The translations under genes and the position numbers were made by a program. Below are positions 17,172-27,099 of a stretch of DNA of 64,000 bases, one piece after another; positions within the stretch are counted from its first letter, which is position 1, and each line of letters begins with the position of its first letter. The notes beneath the pieces were generated by a model, which saw only the letters and a list, made by a program, of their open reading frames with translations, had not been told where the DNA came from and made no database searches. The stretch comes from an uncultured Pirellulales bacterium (lineage in GTDB: Bacteria > Planctomycetota > Phycisphaerae > Sedimentisphaerales > Anaerobacaceae): positions 41,322-105,321 of the forward strand of contig CAZVOA010000008.1 in NCBI GenBank assembly GCA_964628465.1, read 5' to 3'.

Positions 17172-20117
17172 TCAATTCTGATTATCATTTCGCTGTTCTC
17201 CCGACTTTTTCTTGGCCTTTAAAAGCCTCTGGATATGTGATGCGTCTTCCTCTTTTGCCTTTTTATCAGGTTTAGGTTCTTCTTTCTTAACTTCAGGTTT
17301 TTTATCCTGAACTTTTGATATAGGCAAATCACCTTTATATTTCTCATCAGGGACATATTTTCTTGAAGCGGCCGCGTCTTTTGAACGTATCTTAAACTGG
17401 TCATGAACCTGTTTTCTTGTTATTTTTAATTTATCAAGAGTTGTTTCCGTTTTTTGCTTTTTCTTTATGAAAAGAACCTGTAACATTCTTCGTGACATCG
17501 CCTTGAAATCAAAAGCAAGTCTGCGAACGGCGACATCAAGAAGAAACAGGGCGAGCCAGATAAGCATTAAAGGGCGAATCAGAGGTAATTGAGTTTCAGG
17601 GAATTTCAATCCAGTATAATCAAACAGGTTCGCCTGATTTGGATCAGAACTTAACATCCGGCCGTTAGTCATTTCGCTCACCTGTGCCAGTAATGGCATA
17701 TTATCAGAAAGGTCGCTAAATTCAGGAGCAAATGGAATTGTAACCGCGGTATCGGTTATATATACCTTATCAGGTTCACCGATTTTTTTGTATCTCATAT
17801 TTACAATATAGCTTCCGGAACCTTTTGCGTCGAAAGTCGCGCTGTACTGGCCGGGGCCAACCTGAACAAGCTCGATGTCATCAACTTCAACATCAGGCGA
17901 TATTACACGACCATCGATATCTGAGAATTGAATAAATTTTCCCTGGTCATCTATTGCTTCCACATTTACAGTGACTTTTTTATCCTGAACGTCTGTTGTA
18001 ATTTCACAATCTGACGATTGGGAAGGTTTCCCAGCCCATCGTACAACCTGTTCCCAGAAAGTTTCGAAATTGCTCCAGCCGAGCCAGTTCCCGGCCCATC
18101 TGCTGTCAATCGAAGATGTAAACGCGGCACATCTGCCCATGCCGGACTGGCAGATTGCGAGTATTGGATCATTTTCCTGGCTATTTAGAATAATCTGGTT
18201 TAAGCCACCTTTGGGGCCTGTAATTATATAACCGTCGAGATCAGGATAATTAGCAGACAAACCTTTTGTTATTTCACTGAGCGAGTAAACCAGTTGCGGC
18301 GTAAAAGTATGCTCATTTATCAGATTCCTTCTTACAACCATCGCTTCTTTAATAAATATTTGCGGTAATTCATTTGGATTCTTGACATCATAAGCCTGAC
18401 CGCCGGTAGCGTCTGCAACCCGCTTTAATCGCAAAAAGTCGCTTTGCTGATGTGGAAATATTCCAACTGTGCTTACGGTAATTCCTGATTCTACACAAGA
18501 CTTCAAAAGCGCATCTGAAGGGTCCTGAGGGTCACCATCCGTTATTACAATAACATGTTTTTGAGCGGCGTCACATTTTTTGAGTTCGTTATAAGCCTGC
18601 TGCAAATGATTATGAAGGCTCGGCATATCTCCCATTTGCATCAGGTTGATAGAGGCAAGGACCTCAGATTTGTCCCCTACTTCTGATAATGGGTACACCC
18701 ATTCGTCAAGACCGGCTCCCTGCCAGTTATACGCGAGAATACCTACCAAATCCAAGCGGCTTAATGTTTGAACCGCCGAGGATGCAACGAGCTTGCCCCA
18801 GTAATTCCCCTGCGGCATCTCACACGCATGCATAATCAGTACCAGGGCGCCTTTGGGTAATTGTTTTTTTTGCGGCGGGTCTAAATCTACCGGTAAAATC
18901 TCTGCTACCGGTGAACCAATCCAGCCACCTGCTCCGAAAGAACTCGGTCCACCAGTCATTACCAGCCCGCCGCCAAGATCATTAACATAACTGCAAATTA
19001 TTTCCTGCTGCGCGAATGTAAAATTACCGCAATCAGTATTTACCAGAATAACAGCATCAGTATCCATAAGTTTCGACAGACTATCAGGAAATTCGGAAGC
19101 CATCATGTGCCGTGCGTCAATATTCGATTCTTCGAGAGCTTTCAACATAGACAGAGAGGATTGACCGTCAGTATCAACAACCAGAACATGACCGGGACCG
19201 GTTACGGTAGTAATGGAACTGGCTATATTATTTTGAACAATTTTATCCTGTGTATTGTCATCGGGAATATAAATCGCCTCGAATTCATGTATGCCGCTTG
19301 TTCCAACTGGCACAGATACAGAGACAACATTTGTCCCCGGCTCTAATTCTACAGGTAAAGTCACATCTTCAGAATCCGGAACAAGGTCAATCTGTTTATC
19401 ATTTAAGTTTAACTGTAATTTACCTTTGGAACGGGAAGTACTGCTAAGAATAAACCGCAGAGAAACTGTCTGGTTGCTTCTTGCCTTCGATGGGGCTACC
19501 AATCGTTTGAAAACAACTTCATTTTTATATTGATATTGTATCGGGAGAATATCAATCGGTATGTTATTAGCCGCTGCGGTCAGTGCCGCCGCTTTCAAAT
19601 CTCCCGCGGTTTCATTACCTTCTGTAACGAGCAATATCCTTACCGCTGTATTTGGCGGCGCAATCGCCAATGCCATTTCAATACCGGCTTCTAATTTCGT
19701 TTGCCCCCCATTCAGTGTCGTATTTCTTTGTTTAAGATCAACACCTGTTGTCGGTAATTTTGAAATACTGGCTGCTTCAGCGATATCAACAACCGCCACC
19801 TGATTAGGCTGAATACTGTCCCCTAAAGCATTCGCTAAATATTCGAGACTTTTTTCCTGGAGTTCCTGCGAAATTGACTGGCTGCGGTCAAGAACGATAA
19901 TTACAGTCAGATTTTTACTTTTGCGTGTTAAATTGGGACGTGCAAGCAATATTACCAGTAATAGAACAACAATGCATCGCAGGATAATGGCGCACCAGCG
20001 TCTAATTGGGCTTAAGCTGTTAAGATTTCGCATTGCCATTACAACTATCGGCACTAATAAGATAGAGCCTAATAACCACCACGGCTGACCGAAATAAAAA
20101 CCATAATTATACATCAT
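17172..20117 (-). CDS. large BatA-N/VWA-domain membrane protein with an amidotransferase-like central region and a Lys-rich tail
   Basis: 981 aa. N-terminal double TM (WWLLGSILLVPIVVMAM / ILRCIVVLLLVILLARP). MIDAS VIIVLDRSQSIS. Second VWA-like block HVIVITDGDPQDP. C-terminal TM segment (LMLIWLALFLLDVAV). KKPEVKKEEPKPDKKAKEE tail. ATGA overlap with the upstream gene. Confidence 0.8.
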   Translation of the reverse strand: MMYNYGFYFGQPWWLLGSILLVPIVVMAMRNLNSLSPIRRWCAIILRCIVVLLLVILLARPNLTRKSKNLTVIIVLDRSQSISQELQEKSLEYLANALGDSIQPNQVAVVDIAEAASISKLPTTGVDLKQRNTTLNGGQTKLEAGIEMALAIAPPNTAVRILLVTEGNETAGDLKAAALTAAANNIPIDILPIQYQYKNEVVFKRLVAPSKARSNQTVSLRFILSSTSRSKGKLQLNLNDKQIDLVPDSEDVTLPVELEPGTNVVSVSVPVGTSGIHEFEAIYIPDDNTQDKIVQNNIASSITTVTGPGHVLVVDTDGQSSLSMLKALEESNIDARHMMASEFPDSLSKLMDTDAVILVNTDCGNFTFAQQEIICSYVNDLGGGLVMTGGPSSFGAGGWIGSPVAEILPVDLDPPQKKQLPKGALVLIMHACEMPQGNYWGKLVASSAVQTLSRLDLVGILAYNWQGAGLDEWVYPLSEVGDKSEVLASINLMQMGDMPSLHNHLQQAYNELKKCDAAQKHVIVITDGDPQDPSDALLKSCVESGITVSTVGIFPHQQSDFLRLKRVADATGGQAYDVKNPNELPQIFIKEAMVVRRNLINEHTFTPQLVYSLSEITKGLSANYPDLDGYIITGPKGGLNQIILNSQENDPILAICQSGMGRCAAFTSSIDSRWAGNWLGWSNFETFWEQVVRWAGKPSQSSDCEITTDVQDKKVTVNVEAIDDQGKFIQFSDIDGRVISPDVEVDDIELVQVGPGQYSATFDAKGSGSYIVNMRYKKIGEPDKVYITDTAVTIPFAPEFSDLSDNMPLLAQVSEMTNGRMLSSDPNQANLFDYTGLKFPETQLPLIRPLMLIWLALFLLDVAVRRLAFDFKAMSRRMLQVLFIKKKQKTETTLDKLKITRKQVHDQFKIRSKDAAASRKYVPDEKYKGDLPISKVQDKKPEVKKEEPKPDKKAKEEDASHIQRLLKAKKKSGEQRNDNQN

Positions 20118-21031
20118 AATTGCCAGGCCTGAATTTTGTTATTTCCAGAGTCAACTATATAAAGATTACTATTTTTATCCACGGCAACTCCCCATGGATA
20201 TGCCAACTCACCTGTCTTACGTCCTGCTTTACCATATAATCCAACACTTTGTCCCGCCGGACTGAATAATTGTATCCTGTTATTGCCATTTTCGCAAACA
20301 ACTAATGTGCCATTATCTAAAATATCCAAACCATAAGGATAACGAAGCTCTCCTGCTCCTGAACCTGCCGTGCCAAAATATCCTTTTAAGACTCCGTTAA
20401 AATCGTAAACCGCTATTCTGTGATTACACGCGTCCGCCGCGTAAAGAATGCTTCGCGATTTATCCACGCATAAAGCGGAAGGTCTGGACAACTGCCCTTC
20501 TCCAGTACCCGGACTGCCGAACGCATATAAAAAGTCACCCTGCTCATTAAAGACGTTAATTCTATCATTTCCCCCATATTCACTGACAAAGATTCTTCCA
20601 TCACCCGAAAATTCGACATCAGTAGGATAAATAAAACATCCATCATCAGTTCCAAACTTTCCCCATTGCCTGATTATTTCACCTTCAGGAGATAAAACAA
20701 TTACCCTGTAATAATGAGTATCCGCGACATATAGATTTCCATCAGGACCGAATGACATCCCGGTAGGTTTTCCAGATTCAACCTGGGGCATTTCAAATAA
20801 GTTTATAAATTTACCGGAAGATGAAAACTGCTGAATTCTTCCTGATTTATCAAGAACATAAACCGAGCCGTCATTTGAAATATCAATCGCTCTTGGATAG
20901 GTAAATTCCCCCGCTCCATGGCCGGATGTTCCAAATTCTTCGATTACTTTCGGTTCTTCTGTATATGAAAAATCATCATCGCATCCGGTTAGAGTAAATG
21001 CGCATATGCAGAAAATCAGAACATAAGTCAT
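20114..21031 (-). other. NHL beta-propeller module with its own in-frame ATG and lipobox
   Basis: Internal ATG at 21031 followed by LIFCICAFTLTG|C. Six NHL blades counted by eye in the 305 C-terminal residues. Confidence 0.7.
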
Positions 21032-22639
21032 CCATCGCAGGCGTATTAATCTGAATAGCAAAATCAAAATGAAAGTTAATAGCGCAAAAACACCGATTAG
21101 TATAAGACATGAAGCAATTACCTGCTGGTCACGCGCATAATGCATCTGATTAAGAAGCCGCTGAGCGAAATTCGGCACACCGGCGGGAAGCAATATCATC
21201 GTCGCCGATATTTCGGTCATACTGAACATGCTGATTAAAATAAAACTTCCCAAGAGAAGAGGCCATACTTGCGGCAGATGAATATGCCTGAAAGTATGAA
21301 AATGCGACGCCCCATCTAATTGTGCCATTTCAGAAAGTATTTGTCTCTGCGAGTGACGAGTCAAAAATAATAGAATCAACGCAACCCCCGCAAAACGACA
21401 CGCAAGCCCGATAGAAACTATGAACCAGCTTTCTCTGATTGAATTTGGTAAATGAAGTACGGCCATTATTCTGATGATTGAAACCGCGATAATAGAAGCC
21501 GGAAGCAGCATTACAAGAAAAATTGTACTGCATATTACCAAAGGCATGATGTGAATTAGGCAATAAGACAATATTTGTTTAAATACATTGTCGTTATCTC
21601 TATAACTATGTTTTGTCTTTCCAAGTGAATATGCGTTATAAGCAATAAGATAAGCAAGTCCTGCCGCAAGTAATGATGTCACTAACGACCATGTTATATC
21701 ATCGAAATGTAAAATCAAAAACTGCTGAAACGGCACAATATCCGATGCATTGTAAATAAGAAGAGCAACTGGTATCAAAAGGGAAATTCCGAATAATAAT
21801 AAAAGTACTGCCCAACTCCATCTCTGGGATTTGCTTTCAATAGATTCCGCTTCATTTGTTGATAATGCCCAGCTTCGAGAACTTTTACTTAAAATAATCG
21901 CGAGAATCAAAGCCATTACCGCAATCGGCCATGAAGCTCTGGCAACAGCCGCTTCACCACCGCGACCTGTTAAATCATAAAGAACAGCCAATTCCGTCCC
22001 AATCGTTTTTATACCCGCTAAATGAAAAGTTGTAAATTCGGAAAGAGATAAAACAAAACATACACTAAACGCAAGTAATATTGGCTTTATAAGCAAAGGT
22101 AATGTCACATTCTTAAATATCCCTAATTTATTTGAGTCGAGAGAAGCGCTGTCCCAAATCTGGCGGTCGATATTTTTCCATCCCTGCCCCAGTAACAAAG
22201 CGGCTAAGGGCCAGTACCACATTACTAAAACCGCTGTTGTACTGAATGTCCCTATGAATTTCGCGACTTCGGTTTTGTCGGATAAATATACGCCCAGCGA
22301 AGTGGTCGGACTCAGCAAAAGCCACCACGCGTAATACAACATATAACGCGGCAAAACAAGAGGCATCAACAAAAACAAAAGCAATAAATCCTTATGAGCC
22401 GAACATGTTCCAAACAATTTACCCGGAATCCATCCTAACAAAATTGCCATAACCGCGATAATTGCTGATAAAAACAGTGAGTTTAAAAGCGAAGAATATA
22501 TATCAATACTGACATCTGATTTAGCATCAGTAGTTAATACCGATATAAAAAGTACCAGCAGTGGAAGCAGAATCACGACAGTCCATACTGATATGGATAC
22601 CGCTCTTGTCACTTTTATAAATATACTTTCATTTTTCAA
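20114..22639 (-). CDS. binding-protein-dependent ABC importer permease (two-domain, FbpB/ThiP-like) fused to a C-terminal six-bladed NHL repeat domain
   Basis: 841 aa. There are two permease halves, each with an EAA-like loop (LDSNKLGIFKNVTLPLLIKP and LDGASHFHTFRHIHLPQVWP). Then comes an in-frame lipoprotein-like segment MTYVLIFCICAFTLTGCDDD. Six NHL repeats follow (for example GEFTYPRAIDISNDGSVYVLDKSGRIQQF and GELAYPWGVAVDKNSNLYIVDSGNNKIQAW). Confidence 0.85.
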   Translation of the reverse strand: MKNESIFIKVTRAVSISVWTVVILLPLLVLFISVLTTDAKSDVSIDIYSSLLNSLFLSAIIAVMAILLGWIPGKLFGTCSAHKDLLLLFLLMPLVLPRYMLYYAWWLLLSPTTSLGVYLSDKTEVAKFIGTFSTTAVLVMWYWPLAALLLGQGWKNIDRQIWDSASLDSNKLGIFKNVTLPLLIKPILLAFSVCFVLSLSEFTTFHLAGIKTIGTELAVLYDLTGRGGEAAVARASWPIAVMALILAIILSKSSRSWALSTNEAESIESKSQRWSWAVLLLLFGISLLIPVALLIYNASDIVPFQQFLILHFDDITWSLVTSLLAAGLAYLIAYNAYSLGKTKHSYRDNDNVFKQILSYCLIHIMPLVICSTIFLVMLLPASIIAVSIIRIMAVLHLPNSIRESWFIVSIGLACRFAGVALILLFLTRHSQRQILSEMAQLDGASHFHTFRHIHLPQVWPLLLGSFILISMFSMTEISATMILLPAGVPNFAQRLLNQMHYARDQQVIASCLILIGVFALLTFILILLFRLIRLRWMTYVLIFCICAFTLTGCDDDFSYTEEPKVIEEFGTSGHGAGEFTYPRAIDISNDGSVYVLDKSGRIQQFSSSGKFINLFEMPQVESGKPTGMSFGPDGNLYVADTHYYRVIVLSPEGEIIRQWGKFGTDDGCFIYPTDVEFSGDGRIFVSEYGGNDRINVFNEQGDFLYAFGSPGTGEGQLSRPSALCVDKSRSILYAADACNHRIAVYDFNGVLKGYFGTAGSGAGELRYPYGLDILDNGTLVVCENGNNRIQLFSPAGQSVGLYGKAGRKTGELAYPWGVAVDKNSNLYIVDSGNNKIQAWQL

Positions 22640-23681
22640 GAATGTCTTTCGCTCTCTGTATTGATGATGGCAGTAAATCAGCTATTTTCTCATACTCGAT
22701 ATCAAGTTGTTCCTTAATCACGTATTTGCTGTATTTTTCAGCAAGAGAAGGTCGAATCGGGCTGTTATGAGAATCACTTTCAGCGAGTAAAATTTCAAGT
22801 TCTTCACTAAGAATAAAATCCAGTAATTTTTTAGCCGTTTCTGAATTAGGAGCGTTTTTAATTAAAGCCGCTGTGTTGGGAATAGCAAGCGGGCCTTTAT
22901 CGCCCTGCCTGAGAAAATTCAATGCAACCGGATTATTGTTTCTCTGTGCGGCATATACGTCATCCGTATCAGTAAAACAAATATCAGCCTGACCGGTAGC
23001 TACCATCCTTACGGCAGTACTATTACCTGAAACAAGCTTAATATCGTTAGCTTTCAAACCTCTTAAAATTTCTTCCGCTTTATCTGTGCCGTAATGCACA
23101 AACCAGCTTGCTACATCTCCCCCTGTTGTGCCAAAAGACGGTTCAGCCATTAAGATACGCCCTTTCCATTTACTATCGAGGCAATCTTCCAGAGACTTCG
23201 GAGCTTCATCGGCGGAAACTTTATTTGTGTTATAAGCAATAACCCGCGCACGTAGTCCGAAGCCGTGCCACCTGTTCAATTTATCCTTGAACAATTCCGG
23301 CCAGTCTTTCGTCACATCGCTTTCATAAGGAGCTAATAAACCTTCATTCGCAAGTTGTATCGTATAAAATATTTCTCCCGACCAGAAAACATCCGCTGCT
23401 GGATTCGACGATTCCGCCCTCAATTTATTAACAAGACCGACAGTTTTACTTGCTTCTGTGTCATAGCGATCCCGTACTTTTATACCGGTTTGCTCCTCAA
23501 ATCTCCTTATTATCGGCTCGGCAAACTCCTGATCCACCGAACAATATAGAACTACTTCATTACTCGCGGAATTCTGCTTTTTACATGAAGTTAATATTGA
23601 AAGAAGTGATACACAACAAATCACGTAAAACATAAAAAATAAGCATTGTTGTACCGTTGTTTTTTTCCTCATTTGTTGCAT
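22629..23681 (-). CDS. Fe(III)/thiamine-type periplasmic solute-binding lipoprotein
   Basis: Lipobox SILTSC. VVLYCSVDQEFAEPIIRRFEEQTGIKV ... DVFWSGEIF ... is typical of AfuA/FbpA-type SBPs. Overlaps the permease gene by 11 nt. Confidence 0.82.
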   Translation of the reverse strand: MQQMRKKTTVQQCLFFMFYVICCVSLLSILTSCKKQNSASNEVVLYCSVDQEFAEPIIRRFEEQTGIKVRDRYDTEASKTVGLVNKLRAESSNPAADVFWSGEIFYTIQLANEGLLAPYESDVTKDWPELFKDKLNRWHGFGLRARVIAYNTNKVSADEAPKSLEDCLDSKWKGRILMAEPSFGTTGGDVASWFVHYGTDKAEEILRGLKANDIKLVSGNSTAVRMVATGQADICFTDTDDVYAAQRNNNPVALNFLRQGDKGPLAIPNTAALIKNAPNSETAKKLLDFILSEELEILLAESDSHNSPIRPSLAEKYSKYVIKEQLDIEYEKIADLLPSSIQRAKDILEK

Positions 23682-23708
23682 TCCCTTACATTTTATTTAT
23701 TCGCTTCC

Positions 23709-25412
23709 TTATTGTCCTTCCCCAGCTTTTTCTGCCGCCGGGAAGGTTTGCTCGATATTACCGAAATACGATTTTATCGCTTCTTCGTATCTTCTCGGTA
23801 TTTCATTTTCACTTATAGCTTCCGCCGCGTTGTCACGGCCAGCCTGAATTACTTCCGACAAATCACGTTTGGTTTCGCCTTCAACCTGGATATCCTTAAA
23901 ATACCAACTCGCGATTATTGGCCCCTTCTGAGGCGGCCTGTTGATAAGGTCTTTTTTCGTATTATAATCTCCCTCATTATCCGTATCTCTTGTACCGCTG
24001 CCCATTCCCGGACCGCCGGTGCCGTCACCCAAGCGGCTTGTGTCACCTTCGTCCCATTGTCCCTGACCACCATCATTGCCAAGCCCCTGCCCCATTCCCT
24101 GTCCAAGAGAGCCAATAGCTCTGGCAATCTCTCTCAGGCTGGCATCTGTCATCATCATCTGCTGCTGGAGTGCTTCGAGACCATCCAACTGCTCGATTGC
24201 ATCGGCTAATTCATCTCCTGATGACATACCCTGTGCGCCGCCCATGCCGCTGCCGGCCATTGCGTTTGCCATTTGTGCCATTCTTTGTTGCGCCATTTTC
24301 GAAGCGGCGGCTTTATCCATAAGGTCCTTGATTTGCTCAGAATTCAAACCCTGCTTCTGTAAAGCTTCCTTAAGCTCTTTTTGACTCATTTGAGCAAGTT
24401 CTTTATTAAGTCCCATCGCTTCAAGCTCTTTTTCCAACTGATCGCTTTGTTTGGCCAAATCCTCAAGAGCCTTGGCTAAAGCCTGCATCTGGTCAGATAA
24501 TTGTTTTTTCTGTTCCTCTGACAGCTTGCCCTCTTTTAATTCGTTCTGCATTTGCTTGAGAAGCGCAGAAGCCTGGCCGAAATTGCCTTTCGCCAGTTCC
24601 ATTCTTAATTTTGAAGAAAAAGAGTCAGGAGAACCTTTAAGCTGCTTGAGCATTTCCTGCATCATTTTCATCGAAGCGAGCGTTTCACTTTTTTGCATAT
24701 TTTTAACTTTTTCGGAAAGATCACCAAATTGGCGTATAGCATCCCTTTTAACATCCTCCGGCTTTGCCCCGGCTGGAATTTGATTCAATTTACCAAGAGC
24801 CTCCGCGATATTGGGATCGCTTATTTTATTCATTGTGAGCTTTACCGATTCAGCAGCTTCTTTAACCTTCGATTCAGCTTTTTCTTTCTGTATCGCAGAC
24901 AGATTCTCTTTTTCTTTCCTGTTTTGAATTCCAAGAAGGTCTTTTTGCGGCATAAACGCAAATAACAGCACAACAATTAACCATAATGTGCTTGTGTAAA
25001 CCCAGCCTTTAGAAAGCTTTATAGGAAAATGCCCCTGTAAATTCAGAGATTGGGCCTTGTCCAAAGCTTCTTTACAAGCGGCTTCGGAAAAAGCATCATG
25101 CTGATCCGAAATTTTCAAAGCAGTGCTGAAACGCTCCTTGAGTCCCATTCTCTCATCCAAAAGAAGTGAAATCTGCATCTTACTCGGTCGTTTATAAATC
25201 CAGATTCCAAGAGTCACGGCTGCAAATACGATACTGAAACCAATTGAAGTGTTTATATTTATTACCCGCAAAGCCAGAAGTTTTTCTATCATTACCGCGA
25301 TTATCGCTATAACTCCAGCTATAATAAGGACTTGCCCAGCATACTTCAAGAGAAGATTTATACCGCATCTGACCCGGACTTCGTGAATGTATTTTTCAAA
25401 AACTTTAAGCAT
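23709..25412 (-). CDS. membrane-anchored coiled-coil protein with an M/Q/G-rich low-complexity region (first gene of the supercluster)
   Basis: 567-aa ORF with N-terminal TM segments (VLIIAGVIAIIAVMI, SIGFSIVFAAVTLGIWIY, WLIVVLLFAF). It has a long K/E/Q/L-rich coiled coil and MAQQRMAQMANAMAGSGMGGAQGM ... GQGMGQGLGNDGGQGQ. No family recognised with certainty. Confidence 0.65.
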   Translation of the reverse strand: MLKVFEKYIHEVRVRCGINLLLKYAGQVLIIAGVIAIIAVMIEKLLALRVININTSIGFSIVFAAVTLGIWIYKRPSKMQISLLLDERMGLKERFSTALKISDQHDAFSEAACKEALDKAQSLNLQGHFPIKLSKGWVYTSTLWLIVVLLFAFMPQKDLLGIQNRKEKENLSAIQKEKAESKVKEAAESVKLTMNKISDPNIAEALGKLNQIPAGAKPEDVKRDAIRQFGDLSEKVKNMQKSETLASMKMMQEMLKQLKGSPDSFSSKLRMELAKGNFGQASALLKQMQNELKEGKLSEEQKKQLSDQMQALAKALEDLAKQSDQLEKELEAMGLNKELAQMSQKELKEALQKQGLNSEQIKDLMDKAAASKMAQQRMAQMANAMAGSGMGGAQGMSSGDELADAIEQLDGLEALQQQMMMTDASLREIARAIGSLGQGMGQGLGNDGGQGQWDEGDTSRLGDGTGGPGMGSGTRDTDNEGDYNTKKDLINRPPQKGPIIASWYFKDIQVEGETKRDLSEVIQAGRDNAAEAISENEIPRRYEEAIKSYFGNIEQTFPAAEKAGEGQ

Positions 25413-25652
25413 AATTCAGCCTCGTCATGTGTATTGCGTTATGCGTGATGCGTATCTCCACAATACGCGATACGCAAACTCTATACACTTTAATAGTATA
25501 GACGGATAATCCCTGAAAATGTTACGAAAAATCCCTCTTTTTTACTTAAAATTTACAATTTTATAAGTTTTTCCGTTAGCATCCATATTTAGCTCGCCCA
25601 AGACAAAAATGCTAAATATTATTCACCTTTTATAAAGCTAACAAAAGTTTAC

Positions 25653-27032
25653 TCATTTTTCAACAATAAAAGTTATATCATAAGTAGAATCACTTTTATC
25701 TTTGGGGTCTTCTTTGCCGCCATCATCTTTCTGGTCTTTACCAATGCTATAAACAACAAAACCTTTATCCAATTTATTATATCTTATTTCTTTCCCATCA
25801 TACGGGTCCAAAGGAACAGATTCGAGATAATCAGGAACAAGGCCATTAAGAGAATCAGGTAATTTGTTGTTTTTTAAGCGATATCTCTGAACAGAAAGAG
25901 CAGTTCGAGAGGATCTAATCAGGGCAATATTTCTTAAATCTGATGTTATTGAACGTCCCAATGAAGGAGCAAATTTGCGAAATAATATATTTTTCTTCGG
26001 TATATTGTTATGTTTTTTATCGAGTACTTTGGAAGCTTCCTTGCGTTGTTCAAGAGGAAGTTCCAATGTTTTAATTACATCATCTATATAGTCAATAAGA
26101 AGGATGGCGTCACTTTCATTTAAACCGGCAACTTTATAAAGAAAAAGAACAGGCGGAAGAGAAAGAAAATTACTCGAATTATTGGACGCACTAAAATTAA
26201 AATACATTGACTTAGGGTACATTAACATATTCAGAGCAAAAGTTCGTTCTCCAAGAATGGCAAATAATATACCATTAGAATCCTCAATATCTTTAAGCAT
26301 TGCACATAGTTCCACAATTTGTCCATCGGAAAAGTCCGTTCTGTTCAAAGTATATTCTATAACGGAAACTCCAAGTAATTGACATGAAATACGAACAAGC
26401 TGGGAAACCATGACCGGCTCCTTGTTCAGGGATTCCGTTGCACTAAATATTGATTTGATGGAATTAAATGCTGTATCAGATTTGCCATTTTCCGTAGCAA
26501 GTATTGCATCAAGCTGGAGCAATTGAGCTAATTGTCTCATTTCGCTAAGATGCGGTATCTTTGTTCCATTCCCAAGAGTAAAATCAACTGGATAACGACC
26601 ATATTCCAATCCGATGGTTTTATGCAGTAATTCGAGGCATTTCTGATTATCAGCGAGAAATTGCGAAATAATCTCTTTTGTATCTACCCTCATGGATTCC
26701 GATCTGGCTGGAAGCTTTCCTGTTCCAATAATAGGAAGCAATGCCAAATCATTAGGTTCCTTATAGTATGCCGCTGCATCTAAAATAATATACGCAGAAT
26801 TTTCTACATCAAAAGGGATCGAATAGAATTGATTTAATTCCGCGAAAGTAACCGGTTCCCCCGCTGCTCGAATTGCCTCAAGCCTTTTGTTGAGTTCCCT
26901 TTTTGTGTTGTATCTGAAAAAGGCAAAGGCTGCTGCTATTATAAGAAACAGAAGGATAAATATATGAGAAATCCGAACTTTGTATCGCTTGCCTGAAACA
27001 ATTATCTTTTCTTCTGTCATAAAATCTCCCAA
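25653..27032 (-). CDS. membrane-anchored hypothetical protein with a pseudopilin-like C-terminus
   Basis: 459-aa ORF with a single N-terminal TM segment (ISHIFILLFLIIAAAFAFF). The C-terminus DPYDGKEIRYNKLDKGFVVYSIGKDQKDDGG resembles the C-terminal strand region of type II secretion GspG-like proteins. Confidence 0.6.
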   Translation of the reverse strand: MGDFMTEEKIIVSGKRYKVRISHIFILLFLIIAAAFAFFRYNTKRELNKRLEAIRAAGEPVTFAELNQFYSIPFDVENSAYIILDAAAYYKEPNDLALLPIIGTGKLPARSESMRVDTKEIISQFLADNQKCLELLHKTIGLEYGRYPVDFTLGNGTKIPHLSEMRQLAQLLQLDAILATENGKSDTAFNSIKSIFSATESLNKEPVMVSQLVRISCQLLGVSVIEYTLNRTDFSDGQIVELCAMLKDIEDSNGILFAILGERTFALNMLMYPKSMYFNFSASNNSSNFLSLPPVLFLYKVAGLNESDAILLIDYIDDVIKTLELPLEQRKEASKVLDKKHNNIPKKNILFRKFAPSLGRSITSDLRNIALIRSSRTALSVQRYRLKNNKLPDSLNGLVPDYLESVPLDPYDGKEIRYNKLDKGFVVYSIGKDQKDDGGKEDPKDKSDSTYDITFIVEK

Positions 27033-27099
27033 ATTATATTTGGACCGATTTTATATTATCTCCGCGATAATGCAAGAATAAAAAAGAAATGTAAGCGTT

